From Eledone cirrhosa (lineage: Eukaryota), in NCBI GenBank assembly GCA_964016885.1, contig OZ024748.1, positions 12,834,001 through 12,898,000 on the forward strand: a stretch of 64,000 nucleotides of DNA. The letters run 5' to 3'. Below are positions 40,048 to 53,880 of this stretch, piece after piece. The position numbers and the translations under genes were made by a program. Position 1 is the stretch's first letter. Each line of letters opens with the position of its first letter. The notes below the pieces were generated by a model. That model saw only the letters and a list, made by a program, of their open reading frames with translations, was not told the origin of the DNA and made no database searches.

Positions 40048-41569
40048 GTATGTTTGTGTAGGGTGGGGGTAGTAATGAAAAAATTAAAACAAAAATAAAT
40101 ATAAAGTAGGATTAATATAAGATGGAGTCTGTAACAAGTTCAGATTCAGAGTTTGTGGTGAGACATTGAGTTGGATGTGTGGACGTAAGGTGTGGAGTGT
40201 GTGTACTATAAAAGAGAGCGGAAATAGAGATAAGGAGAGGTACGCATGTGTTGGTGAATCTGTATGGTGCTGGAGAAAGTAAGGAAGGTAAGAATATATG
40301 ACCATGTGTCTGTGTATGTGTGTATATGCCTCTGTTTTTATGTGTGCGTGCTTGTATAAAAGTGTGTATTAATGTGAGTTTTTATAAGTGCATATGTCTC
40401 CGCGTGTGTGTGTGTGTTTATATGTGTGTGTATGTGTATCTGTGTGAGTGTGTGTTTATATGTGTGTATATCTGTGTGTGTGTGTGTGTGTTTATATGTG
40501 TGTGTGTGTGTATCTGTGTGAGTGTGTGTTTATATGTGTGTATATCTGTGTGTGTGTGTGTGTGTGTTTATATGTGTGTGTGTGTGTATCTGTGTGAGTG
40601 TGTGTTTATATGTGTGTATATCTGTGTGTGTGTGTGTGTGTGTGTTTATATGTGAGTGTGTCGCGTGCATTAGAGTGGGATGACATTCGTGTATTCGTAT
40701 GACGTGTTTACATGTGTGTCAATATACATATAAACTGTGTGTGTCTGTATGTATGGATGTGGATATCTATGTGTGTGTGTATGTGTGTGTTTGTGTGTGT
40801 GTGTGTATGTGTGTGTTTGTGTGTATGTGTGTGTGTATGTGTGTGTGTATGCGTGCGTGCCGCGTGGGGTGGAGTATGATGGAGCTCATGCGTTCATATA
40901 TTGTGATGTGTATAGATGTGTGTATAAATGTATGTATGTATGAATGTGGTCTTTTGTGTATAGGTGTTCGTGTGTATGTGTTTGTGTGTGTGTATGTACA
41001 CATGTGTATTTTGTCTGTGTGTGTGTGTGAGTTTGTGTGTTGCGTGTAGTGTGTGGGTTTGTGACATGCGTGTTTGTGTGTACTGTGTATATATGTGTAT
41101 GTGTGTGTGGGTTTGTGTGTGTGTGTATGTACACGTGTGTATGTACACGTGTGTATTTTGTCTGTGTGTGTGTGAGTTTGTGTGTTGCGTGTAGTGTGTA
41201 GGTTTGTGACATGCGTGTTCTGTGTGGGTTTGTGTGTACTGTGTATATATGTGTATGTGTGGGTTTGTGTGTGTGTGTGTATGTACACGTGTGTGTGAGA
41301 GTTTGTGTGTGTTGTGTGTGGGTTTGTGTGTGGTGTGTATAGATTTGTGTGTGTGGGTTTGTGTGTGCGGTGTGTGGGTTTGTGTGTGTGTGTGTGTGTG
41401 TGGGTTTGAATGTTGTGTATGTTATTTTGTGTGTGTGTTCTTGAGTGAAATAGGAGTGGTTTGGTAGGGAGGGAATTTGAAAAGAACAGAGACGGTGAGG
41501 TGGCATTCAATGTTCAGATCTATTATAGTGCAATATTGTTGTTTAATGCAAACGGAAGGTAGGGGAGTG

Positions 41570-41780
41570 GTTTAGTGGCTTAGTGGCTGAGTGCTGCTAA
41601 ACGTTCCCTTCAATTAGAAACAAGAGAGAAAAAAGAAGTTCGCCTTGCAATCACAAGGGACTGAGTTCGATCCTACTCCGTGACATCTTGAGCAAGTCTC
41701 ATTTACTATAGCTTCAGGTTAACCCATGACTTGCAAGTGAAATTGGCTTCACGGAAACTCTGTATAACCTGGTCGTATGG
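41570..41780 (+). mobile_element. tRNA-derived SINE (third family)
   Basis: tggcttagtgg A-box, gagttcgatcc B-box, cttgagcaagt..actatagc body. A related minus fragment lies at 44085-44160. Confidence 0.6.
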
Positions 41781-41799
41781 GTGGTATCTGACATTCAAA

Positions 41800-42021
41800 A
41801 GTAGAGTGCGTAATAGGAGAAAGTATGACCCCGGCGGCAGAGCTCAAGCCGTTTCGACGGCTATTTCTGGACGGAAATAGCCGTCCAGAAATAGCCGTCG
41901 AAACGGCTTGAGCTCTGCCGTCGGGGTCATACTTTCTCCTATTACCCACTCTACTACCCTAAGTATTGAGTACACTAGTGTGTTATGGTCCAACTGGTTC
42001 CTTACCACAATTCCTTTGTTA
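41800..42021 (+). mobile_element. Fold-back element, family H4 copy 2
   Basis: About 75-bp inverted arms. GAAAC-GGC-ttGAGCTCt-GCC-GTC (41900-41922) is an HHR 3' half. Family tail followed by (TA)n. Confidence 0.75.
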
Positions 42022-42040
42022 CATATATATATATCCTTCG

Positions 42041-42189
<149 letters not shown>

Positions 42190-42324
42190 AATACTTACAC
42201 ACGAACTACTGACCAAATAATATTTGGTATCAATGGGTTAAAGACAACTGTCAAATCAATTAGTGGTGAAGGTGGTGTATATATATTGAGTGAGTTTGAA
42301 AAACCAAGTGTCATTATTGAAAGT

Positions 42325-42420
42325 CTCGGTTAACTTTGTCTTTCATCCTTACGTGGTCGATAAAATAAAGTACCAGTAATACACTGGCTAATTGCTGGCC
42401 TTGTGCCAAAAGTAGAAACA
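42325..42420 (+). mobile_element. 5'-truncated SINE family B with TSD
   Basis: TSD attattgaaagt at 42313-42324 and 42421-42432. Confidence 0.85.
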
Positions 42421-42609
42421 ATTATTGAAAGTTTTTGGATTTCGCAAAATACATAATATTTTTTATTGGAGATGGTAAGAATTTGATTACACTGTTTTGT
42501 CTCCACTTATGTATTTTTTGAAAATGTTATTTATTCATTATACAAATTAAATGATAGCATTCTATATGTAGGTGGGCCCCCTTCATGTGGCAACCAATAT
42601 TTTCATATA

Positions 42610-42696
42610 CAGTGGCGGACTAGGTCCACCACCGTATATATATATATATATATATATATACTTACAATATATATATATACTTACAATGATTGGCAT

Positions 42697-42728
<32 letters not shown>

Positions 42729-42803
42729 TAATGCTAATCATTGTAAGTTTGAACATATATTATATATATATATATATATATTTTCAAACTTAGAATGATT
42801 AGC

Positions 42804-42881
<78 letters not shown>

Positions 42882-43755
42882 GCCAATCATTGTAAGTTTG
42901 AATCTCACATGCAAACACCTATATATATATATATGAATAAAGTAAGCCCAAATAACACAGAGAGAAAGAGAGGGGGGGGGGGGGGTGCGATGCAACAGAA
43001 ATGAAACATGGATTACAGGTTAAAATTTATTCTAGATTGATGTGAAACATAAAGGACGATGTATTTTATTTAACATCCAAATGATTTAGAAGTCGCCCTT
43101 AAGTAGGAGCAATAACATTAAGAAAAACATGAACGACACCACAACACATTGTTTTGAAATTTTAAAAGTAAGTTTATAAGTATGAATTTTCAGAAGATCT
43201 TCGTAGTTGTCTCTGTGGCCTAGCGGTAGGTACAAGAGACAGTGGAGACCTTGTCCTTGGGTTCAATCCTGGTCAAGAGGTACATTTAACCTTTTTCAGT
43301 TTTTATTTTACAACCAATAGAAAAAAACAGAAAATGTTTACTCCCGACCAGGATTGAACTTCAAACCAGGATCACCACCGTCTACGATTCCACCAACTAG
43401 GCCACAGAAACAGCTACAAAAGTATAATGAAAATTGATAATTATAAACCTACTTTGAAAATCAAAGTTAAAAATATGTTGTGTCGTTCATGGCATTCCTA
43501 GAGCTATTAGCAATATTTAGGGTCGACTTCTGGTCATTATTGAAAGTTTCTGGATTTCGCAAAATACATAATATTTTTTATAGGAGATGGTAAGATATTT
43601 TTCCACAAAAATATGATTGCACTGTTTTGTTTCCACTTATGTATTTTTCGAAAATGTTATTTATTCATTATAAAAATTAAATAATAGCAATCTATATGTA
43701 GGTCGGCCCCCTTCATCTCCTGGCAACCAATATTTTTAGACCCAGTCCACCACTG
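42610..43755. mobile_element. Non-autonomous TIR element (CAGTGG(C/T)GGAC ends) containing a large internal inverted repeat
   Basis: cagtggcggactaggtc (42610) and gacccagtccaccactg (43739-43755), TA-flanked. Subterminal ~200 bp is duplicated at 42421-42603. Boundaries ambiguous. Confidence 0.5.
43080..43538. repeat. About 230-bp imperfect inverted repeat with two convergent tRNA-like units
   Basis: Arm-to-arm matches throughout. A-box 43216-43226, B-box 43260-43269, mirrored on the minus strand at about 43340-43415. Confidence 0.75.
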
Positions 43756-43779
43756 TATATATATATATATATACATATA

Positions 43780-43973
43780 TAGGTAAAAGTATGACCCCGA
43801 CGGCAGAGCTCAAGCCGTTTCGACGGCCATTTCTGGACAGAAATAGCCGTCGAAACGGCTTGAGCTCTGCCGCCGGCGTCATACTTTTTCCTATTTCCCA
43901 CTCTACTACCCTAAGTATTGAGTACTCTGGTGCGTTACGGTCCATCTGGTTCCTTACCACAATTCCTTTGTTA
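43780..43973 (+). mobile_element. (TA)n fold-back element, family H4 copy 3
   Basis: Same arms and tail as 41800-42021, with (TA)n on both sides. Confidence 0.75.
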
Positions 43974-43986
43974 TATATATATATAC

Positions 43987-44036
<50 letters not shown>

Positions 44037-44248
44037 ACTACAACAGAACAGGCATTAGTAAACACGATGCTATAGTAAGGAGAAACTTGCTTAAGGTCCC
44101 GCCGAATGGCACTGAAACCAGAACAACATGGCTACAAAGCGAAATTCTTTTCACCACATACTCATTGTATTTACCTTAAATAATTCCTCACGATCACACA
44201 AAATATGTAAATATATGTAAATAAATATTCTAAACAACTAGAAATAAT

Positions 44249-44436
44249 TGTTTCTACTTTAGGCACAAGGCCGGCAATTATCCCAGTGTATTACTGGTAC
44301 TTTATTTTATCGACCCCGTAAGGATGAAAGGCAAAGTCAACCTCGGCGGGATTTGAACTCAGATCGTAAAGGGACGTAACTCTATGCTGGAAAGCATGGC
44401 GTCCGATCCTCGACCGATACTGCCAATCGACCGCCA
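44249..44436 (-). mobile_element. SINE family B, full length with TSD
   Basis: TSD taaaca(a/t)ctagaaataat at 44231-44248 and 44437-44454. Confidence 0.9.
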
Positions 44437-44629
44437 TAAACATCTAGAAATAATGATTTAATGTGGTAGGGGGCGTTGTAGGTATTGGTAACGTTGTTGT
44501 AGTTGCTGATGATGATGATGGCGATGATGACGGAGATGATGGTGGGGGATGACGATAGAGATGAAGACGATGAAGAAAGTGATGATGATGGAGAAGACCA
44601 TGATGCTGATGATGATGAAGATGAGGATG

Positions 44630-44660
<31 letters not shown>

Positions 44661-45003
44661 AGGTGAGGATGATGATGGTAATGGTGATGATGATGGTGAT
44701 GATGATGGTGGTGATGGTGATGATGATGAGGAAGATGATGATGATGGTGATGATGGTGATAATCAGGATGATGACAATGATGCTACTGAAGATGACAGTG
44801 ATGAATTTGATGATGATGATGATGATGCTGATGCTGATGGAGAAGACCATGAGGCTGATGATAATGAAGATGAGCATGATGATGATGATGGAGAGGATGA
44901 TGAAGATGTTGATGATGTAGATGATGATGATGTTGATGATGTAGATGATGTTGATGAGGTTTCATAGCAACATCTGCAGCATCAGTAGTAGTAGTAATAG
45001 TAA

Positions 45004-45045
<42 letters not shown>

Positions 45046-45104
45046 AAGTAGTAGAACTGGTGGTAGTAGTTGTAGTCATGGGGGTGAAGGTGGTGGTGGT
45101 GATG

Positions 45105-45290
45105 TTGGTGGTGGTGGTGGAGGAGCTAGGTGTTGAGGTTGTGATGTTGATGGTGGTGGTGGAGGAGCTAGCTGTTGAGGTTGTGATGTTGATGGTGGTG
45201 GTGGAGGAGCTAGCTGTTGAGGTGGAGATGTTGATGGTGGTGGTGGAGGAGCTAGCTGTTGAGGTGGAGATGTTGATGGTGGTGGTGGAG
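45105..45290. repeat. 42-bp tandem repeat x4
   Basis: aggagctag at 45121, 45163, 45205 and 45247. Confidence 0.9.
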
Positions 45291-45408
45291 GGGATGTTGG
45301 CAGCAGCTGCTAATGATGCTGATATATGTAATACAATTTAAAATATATCTCAAGCACACACTCACCTATATGTATGTATGTATGTACGTACGTATGTATG
45401 TATGTATG

Positions 45409-45442
<34 letters not shown>

Positions 45443-45548
45443 TGTATGTATGTATGTATGTATGTATGTATGTACGTATGTATGTATGTATGTATGTATG
45501 TATGTATGTATGTATGTATGTATGTATGTACGTACGTATGTATGTATG

Positions 45549-45582
<34 letters not shown>

Positions 45583-45824
45583 TGTATGTATGTATGTACG
45601 TATGTATGTATGTATGTATGTATGTATGTATGTATGTATGTATGTATGTACGTACGTATGTATGTATGTACGTATGTATGTATGTATGTATGTATGTATG
45701 TATGTATGCATGTATGTATGTATGTATGCAAGAATGTATGTATGCATGTATTTTTGAAGGTTTACATGTACATATATACGCATATATGTACACCTATGCA
45801 TTATAGACATATATACACAAACGC

Positions 45825-45878
<54 letters not shown>

Positions 45879-45943
45879 ATGTATATACACAAACGCACAT
45901 ACTCACTCACACATATATGTATATATAAATATATAAATATCTA

Positions 45944-46023
<80 letters not shown>

Positions 46024-46067
46024 TGTATGTATATACACAAACGCACATACTCACTCACACATATATG

Positions 46068-46170
<103 letters not shown>

Positions 46171-46392
46171 GTCTTTGTATGTATAAGTGCTTATATACTT
46201 ATATATATGTATATATTCCGCAATGTTTTCATTTCTGTTATGTTTCGTTAAATTTGAATTTAAAATGTCACGGGATTTGACATAGCAGAATTTATACAAC
46301 AAAAACAAAAACAATAACCCCCTTACCCCGAAGTAACATAGAAATAAGTGACACAAGTTCACACAACAAACATAATATACTAAACTATAGAG

Positions 46393-46474
<82 letters not shown>

Positions 46475-46533
46475 ATATATATATACATACATATATTTAT
46501 TTGTATATATACATATATATATATATACATATA

Positions 46534-46623
<90 letters not shown>

Positions 46624-46695
46624 TACACACACACATATATATATATATATATACAGTATATATATAAAAATATATAGATATACATACATATATAC

Positions 46696-46833
<138 letters not shown>

Positions 46834-47259
46834 TGATAGATAAATGCATAGATAGGTAGATAAATTGATACATAGACACATAGCTAGAAAGATAGATAGC
46901 GAATTAGAAATAGGTGTCATCACAGTGTAAAGCAATGTTTCTTTGCTTGTCAACATGTATTAAAATCAGGTGTGACAGCTGCCTTTCAAATATCCTCTCT
47001 CCTTTAAACCGATTCCGACACTGAATCTTGCCGTAATCAAAGAATTTTGACGTCCACACACAGAAGAAGACTTGCATATATTTTGGCGTGTGTGACAAAA
47101 ATCATTCTTAACTAACTATACATATAAGACTGTATGTATGTACGCATGTATGAATGTATGTATGTATGTATGTATGTATGTATGTATGTATGTATGTATG
47201 TATGTATGTATTTAAATACTTACGCTGATATATATATATATATATACATATATATATAC

Positions 47260-47320
<61 letters not shown>

Positions 47321-47450
47321 CATACATACATACATAATGAATTAAATTCAAACCTAAATTGTCAACGACAAACCATACAGAATGCAACATAAACATTATA
47401 TCAAAACATATTTGCTGCACATTAAAGCAATGTCCGCAGTATATACATAC

Positions 47451-47521
<71 letters not shown>

Positions 47522-47626
47522 TATATATATATATATAATTAAATCTATAGTTTATTCGGTAGGAATAAATTTTCTTTCGGTGTGTACTCTAAATTTTCGT
47601 GTCCATGTGTATATATATATACATAC

Positions 47627-47709
<83 letters not shown>

Positions 47710-47740
47710 TGTGCCTGTGTGTATGTACGTATGTACGTAT

Positions 47741-47833
<93 letters not shown>

Positions 47834-48300
47834 TATATGAAAGGGAGTATTCAATATATGTAACTATGAGCCTACATGTTTCATTGGAACGCTTATTGTA
47901 GGATTAAATTCACCAGTTCATTACCCACTTTAGCTAAATAGGAACGAGAACCTACCTTATAAATATTCAAATATTTTGACAATGACTGACTGTTGTTTCG
48001 AAAACTTTCTAGTGGCCATTTTGAAAATGGTTAATTATATAAATTTATATGTATCTGGAAAATAATAATCATAATTTGATAAGTATTAGTCATATAAATA
48101 TTCATAGCAGATACTTCATTTTGATAAACACAGATTATTGTGCATTTAAGGACTTCTATTCTTGATTCCGTGTTTCTGGGTTCTGTCCCTCTGCCTGGCT
48201 TCTGAAGCTTGTCACTTTTACTATAGAATTGGTTAACTATGCGTTGCTAGTTGTTATTGCAATTTTGCAGCCAAATACTACAGGAATTCGTATTATATAT

Positions 48301-48458
48301 ACATGGACACACTAGAAGAGGAAGACCAAGGTTAACGTATGTTGATGCCCTAAGGACAGACACTGGTCTGTTGGAGACGCAGGACATGGCAGCGATAATG
48401 AGGGACAGAGACCGCTGGAGAGAACTCGTCCATGGATCTCGGGAATTTTACCCACCTT

Positions 48459-48460
<2 letters not shown>
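48301..48460 (+). mobile_element. RTE-clade LINE extreme 3' end
   Basis: HGHTRRGRPRLTYVDALRTDTGL..MAAIMRDRDRWRELV. Confidence 0.8.
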
Positions 48461-48502
<42 letters not shown>

Positions 48503-48575
48503 ACAATAGTATCTGGCGGCACACCTGAAGCCAGATACTATACTAATTCGTATTATATCTCTCTTTCTCTCTCTC

Positions 48576-48611
<36 letters not shown>

Positions 48612-48779
48612 TGTATGTATGTATGTATGTATGTATGTATGTATGTATGTATGTATGTATATATATGTATATATATATATGTATATATATATGTATATAT
48701 ATATATGTGTGTGTGTATGTATATATGTGTATGTATATATGTCTATGTATATATATGTATATATATATGTATATATATC

Positions 48780-49199
<420 letters not shown>

Positions 49200-49207
49200 A
49201 TGTGTGT

Positions 49208-49488
49208 GGAGGCACGTGGCCTAGTGGTAAGAGTGTTGGACTTACGATCATAATGTCGTGGGCACGATTCCTGGGCTGCGTGTTGTGTTCTTGAGCAAGA
49301 AACTTCATTTCACGTTGCTCCAGTATACTCAGCTGAAAACGAGTACCAGCAATAGCTGGAGGTTTAACCCTGCGATGGACTGGCGTCCTGTCCAGGGGGG
49401 AGTCTTGTACTCTCTCGCTTCACGCCATGAAACCGGCATACGCAACGGCCAAATGAACCTTCTGGCTTAAGACAGACTTTAAACTTTT
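49208..49488 (+). mobile_element. tRNA-derived SINE family A, near full length
   Basis: A-box tggcctagtgg, B-box-like cacgattcc, body gtgttcttgagcaag..tttcacgttgctccagt..actcagctg..gatggactggcgtcctgtccaggggg. Confidence 0.85.
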
Positions 49489-50144
49489 AGATATATATAT
49501 ATATTTACGCGGCTCGTCTTTTATGGCTGAAACACTGAATTGGCAGGCTGTCCCCGAAACCAATCAGTCCTCTATTTTTTATTTTCTATTCTTTGTTTAT
49601 GTTCCGAGATCTTGTCATTGGATGAAATAATACCCAGCTCATAGAAATAAATACTATGGTCAATATGTTCAACTATATCAAGCCGGCGCACCAGCATGGT
49701 TATAATCTAATTACTGAAAACAATAAATGAATAAAAGAATTTCTTTTTTTCCAATTTGAAAAGATGTCTTTCTAGAGAAAATTTCGGATGTCCAATTTTC
49801 AAAGTCATCTGGTCGCCATTTTATTTTAGCTTCGGATTCTTCAAATTTGCGAAATTTTAGCTACAGCTACAGATGCACAATTGAACTATATTTTCTATAG
49901 TGAATACACACAATTCTCCATCCATTTTGCACTCAAGTATTTAACACACAAACTCACAAACACATATGCACTCAAACACACGCACACATATACTCATATA
50001 CCGACATTCCCACACACGTATAAATAGAATATTATATGTACATATATATTCATATGTAGGTGCAACCACTCAACCAACGAAACAAAGACACACATTTATG
50101 TATGTATGTATGTATGTATGTATGTATGTATGTATGTATGTATG

Positions 50145-50175
<31 letters not shown>

Positions 50176-50202
50176 GTTTGTATTTATGTATGTATTTATA
50201 TA

Positions 50203-50248
<46 letters not shown>

Positions 50249-50309
50249 TGTGTATGTACATTTACATGTGTATGTATATACATATATATGTGTATGTATA
50301 TGTATATGT

Positions 50310-50455
<146 letters not shown>

Positions 50456-50498
50456 GTATATTTACATATATATACGCAAACATATATATATGTATATA

Positions 50499-50562
<64 letters not shown>

Positions 50563-51014
50563 TATATGTGCGTGGGGTGAATCTGCTTTTACTGTCTCTC
50601 TATATATTTATATATTTGTTTTATTACGTATCTGAATTTGCGTACCTGTGTGTGTATATTGCATGCGTGTTTCGTATTTACCATCATATTTTGACATCAG
50701 TACGCTTATCCCCCCCCCCCTTGCTACCATTCCGTGTTGTATCCAATTAGTATATCCGAAGTATGTTTTGCTTTATATGTGACATGATGGAAGCTGGTTG
50801 TTTTCTTTTTAATTTTCTTTCATACGTTTACTTCAGTATATTTCAAATTAGTTGAATGCTTACAAGTATCTACTCCTACATATTTATACCCATACATCCA
50901 AACCAACATATGTACACATACATACACACGCAAAATCCTCCACTACCTGCGCATATGCACACATAAACACATACAATACATCCAAAACACTAACGTATAT
51001 AATTTTCTGTCATG

Positions 51015-51045
<31 letters not shown>

Positions 51046-51492
51046 TTATATATGTATATATATTTATATATATATATGTATGTATATTTTATATATATAT
51101 ATATATATATTTATATATGTATATATATTTATATATATATATGTATATTTTATATATATATATATATTATATTTATATATATTTTTATCATTTATATTTT
51201 TATTAGAGTATTTCTTATCTGGTTATCAGATTTATTCACTTTTATACAACAGAGCCAGAATATTTCTGCAAAGCGTATGCTCAATAAGATGCAAGAGAAA
51301 ATAGAAGTATCTTTTATTTGTAGGCAACTTCTCGTTTTTGCGTCGTACACATATGCAACGAATGGAAGAAACAGCTTACCCGTTAGTTGTGTTCGACGTA
51401 GACTATGGAGTTGTGTTTCGTATCATAAATACTTGGTTGATACTAAATGTGTTACAGATTATATATATATATATATATAAATATATATATAA

Positions 51493-51601
<109 letters not shown>

Positions 51602-52554
51602 CATAAAGAGTGATAGATGACATTGATTGATAGATGCGAGGTACCAAATTACTTTATATTCATAAAAAGTTTTGTAAGGCAAGCAGATTGAGATAGTTTT
51701 GGGACTGAACATCTTCAGGCTGCTTCAATGTCGACCTACTTCAGCCAACTCAACAGACGCCATTTTCCTCATATAAATAATAGAGTAGAGCGACGCAACT
51801 AGACTTTTAAAACAACCATTTGAACCCAAGAAATGGTCAGGATGGACTTATAACGTATTTGACAGCGAAAACAACATAAAAATATATGACAGACACTATA
51901 TATAGTAAGTAATGGTATTGCAAGACGAAACTATAAAACTATAAAACTAGATAAAATATAAGTCATAGTGTATGATCTTTGGTTTAAACAAGGACATTTT
52001 CTAAGAAGACCCAAATTAAAAAGGTATAAATTAGATTCAAAATAAGTGTAGCATTCTTATTAATGTCCCGGAATTATGAGTAAATAATGCAAGAAATTAG
52101 GATACATTTTGTGTAGAATATTTACATTTTTATATTTTATGGTCAGCTACATTTATAATCTATCGTTTTAAACAAAACACAACAACAACAACAACAACAG
52201 CAACAACAACAACAACAATAACATCTACAACAAATGACAGCTACAACAAAAACATCCATAGCTAGACGAAGAAGAAGAAGAAGAAGAAGAAGAAGAAGAA
52301 GAAGAAGAAGAAGAAGAAGAAGAAGAAGAAGAAGAAGAAGAAGAAGAAGAAGAAGAAGAAGAAGAAGAATGACCACCACAACAACAAGAACAGCAATAAT
52401 AACAACAACAGCCACAACCACAACAAAGAAAATACTTCGATGACCGGAGAAGGGGGGAGGGGGAATGTTAAGAAACTTTTAATTACAGGCTGGCTTTTAT
52501 TTTCCCCTTTTATTCTTCTGTTCTGTTGAAATTCTTGGCTGCTAAATACAAGTT

Positions 52555-53070
52555 AGTGTGTTGTAGGGGATTTCATATCTGGTGCTGCAACAGATCAATG
52601 TTTGTTGTAGGGGAAACTCATTTCTGGTAGTGTGTTCACAAGGGTCTTATTTATCACTGGGTTGTAGTGGGATCTCATTTCTGGTGGTGTGTCAGAAGGG
52701 TCTTTTATATTAATGCGGGTTGAAGTGGGATCTCATTTCTGGTAGTGTGTCAGAAGGGTCTTTTATATTAATGTGGGATCTCATTTCTGGTGGTGTGTCA
52801 GGAGGCTTTTTTTTTTTATCAATGTGGGTTGTTGTGGGATCTCATTTCTGGTGGTGTGTCAGGAGGGTCTTTTATATTAATGTGGGTTGTTGTAAGGAGT
52901 TCCATATATCTTGGTGCATTAGAAGGGTCTTATATATCTATGTGGGTTGTAGTGGGATCTCATAATTGCTGGTGTGTCAGAAGGATTTTATATATCAATG
53001 TATAGGTTACAGTGGGATCTATTAACTGACAGTGTGTTAAAAGGATCTTATATATTAATATATGCTGTAG
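52555..53070. repeat. ~56-bp minisatellite
   Basis: gtgggatctcatttctggtggtgtgtcagaagggtcttttatattaat units. Confidence 0.85.
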
Positions 53071-53109
53071 GGAACCTTGAAACAAAAGAAATGTAACTTA
53101 CTGCTCACA

Positions 53110-53880
53110 CTCATATAGGTTTAACTAGTCACTTACGAGGTTTTCCGAGAGTTTTAATTATAGTGACACCAGTTTTTTAATACCATTCTTACAGTTCTCA
53201 CCTATGTTGGTTTACTTGGTTTCATAAGGAATTGCTTCTCATAGATTTCTTCTCTGTTTTAATGGTAAGTACCCCTATCATATCATGTTGTTACAACCCA
53301 CACCTAATTACGTTTAGCTGGCTTGATACGAGATTTCATCTCATAATAAGTTTTATGGATGTTTTAATGATTGAAACCCCAGTCCTATCTTGGTCTTTCA
53401 GCTCACATCCATTTAGCTATTTTAATACAGGATTGCATCTTATAGGAGGTTTCGTGTGTGTTTCTATGATACGGGTGCCAGTTATCTTGTTACAGTTCAC
53501 TGTAGGTTATCTGGCCTCATATGAAAGGAGGTTTCCCGATTGTTTTAATGATATAGGACCAGGTCCTATAATGTTGTTCTTACAGATTACATCTATGTCG
53601 CTTTAGTTTGCCACATACGTGATTTCATCTCATAAGATGTTTTAATGATGGATGCTCCACTCTTATCATGTTGTTGCTACAACTCATAATTATGTACGTT
53701 TAGCTGGCCTCCTACACGATTTCATCGCGTAGGAGGTTTCGTGTGTGTTTTGACGATAGGAGCCCCAGTTCTATCATGGTGTTGTTACACCTGATACATA
53801 TAGGTTTAGTTAGCCTTCTACGAGGTTTTATGTCAGAGAAGATTCATTGTTTTCACATAATAGCGCCCTCACTTCTAACA
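53110..53880. repeat. Old diverged ~90-105-bp tandem array
   Basis: Recurring gtttagctgg..gatttcatctcata..gttttaatgat..ccag(t)..ctatcatg. Confidence 0.65.

Noticed and set aside
43207-43281. Functional tRNA gene
   Set aside because: A and B boxes are present but no convincing cloverleaf or anticodon arm. Treated as tRNA-like.
46904-47098. 64-aa non-repetitive ORF
   Set aside because: Short, alternative start, no known motif.
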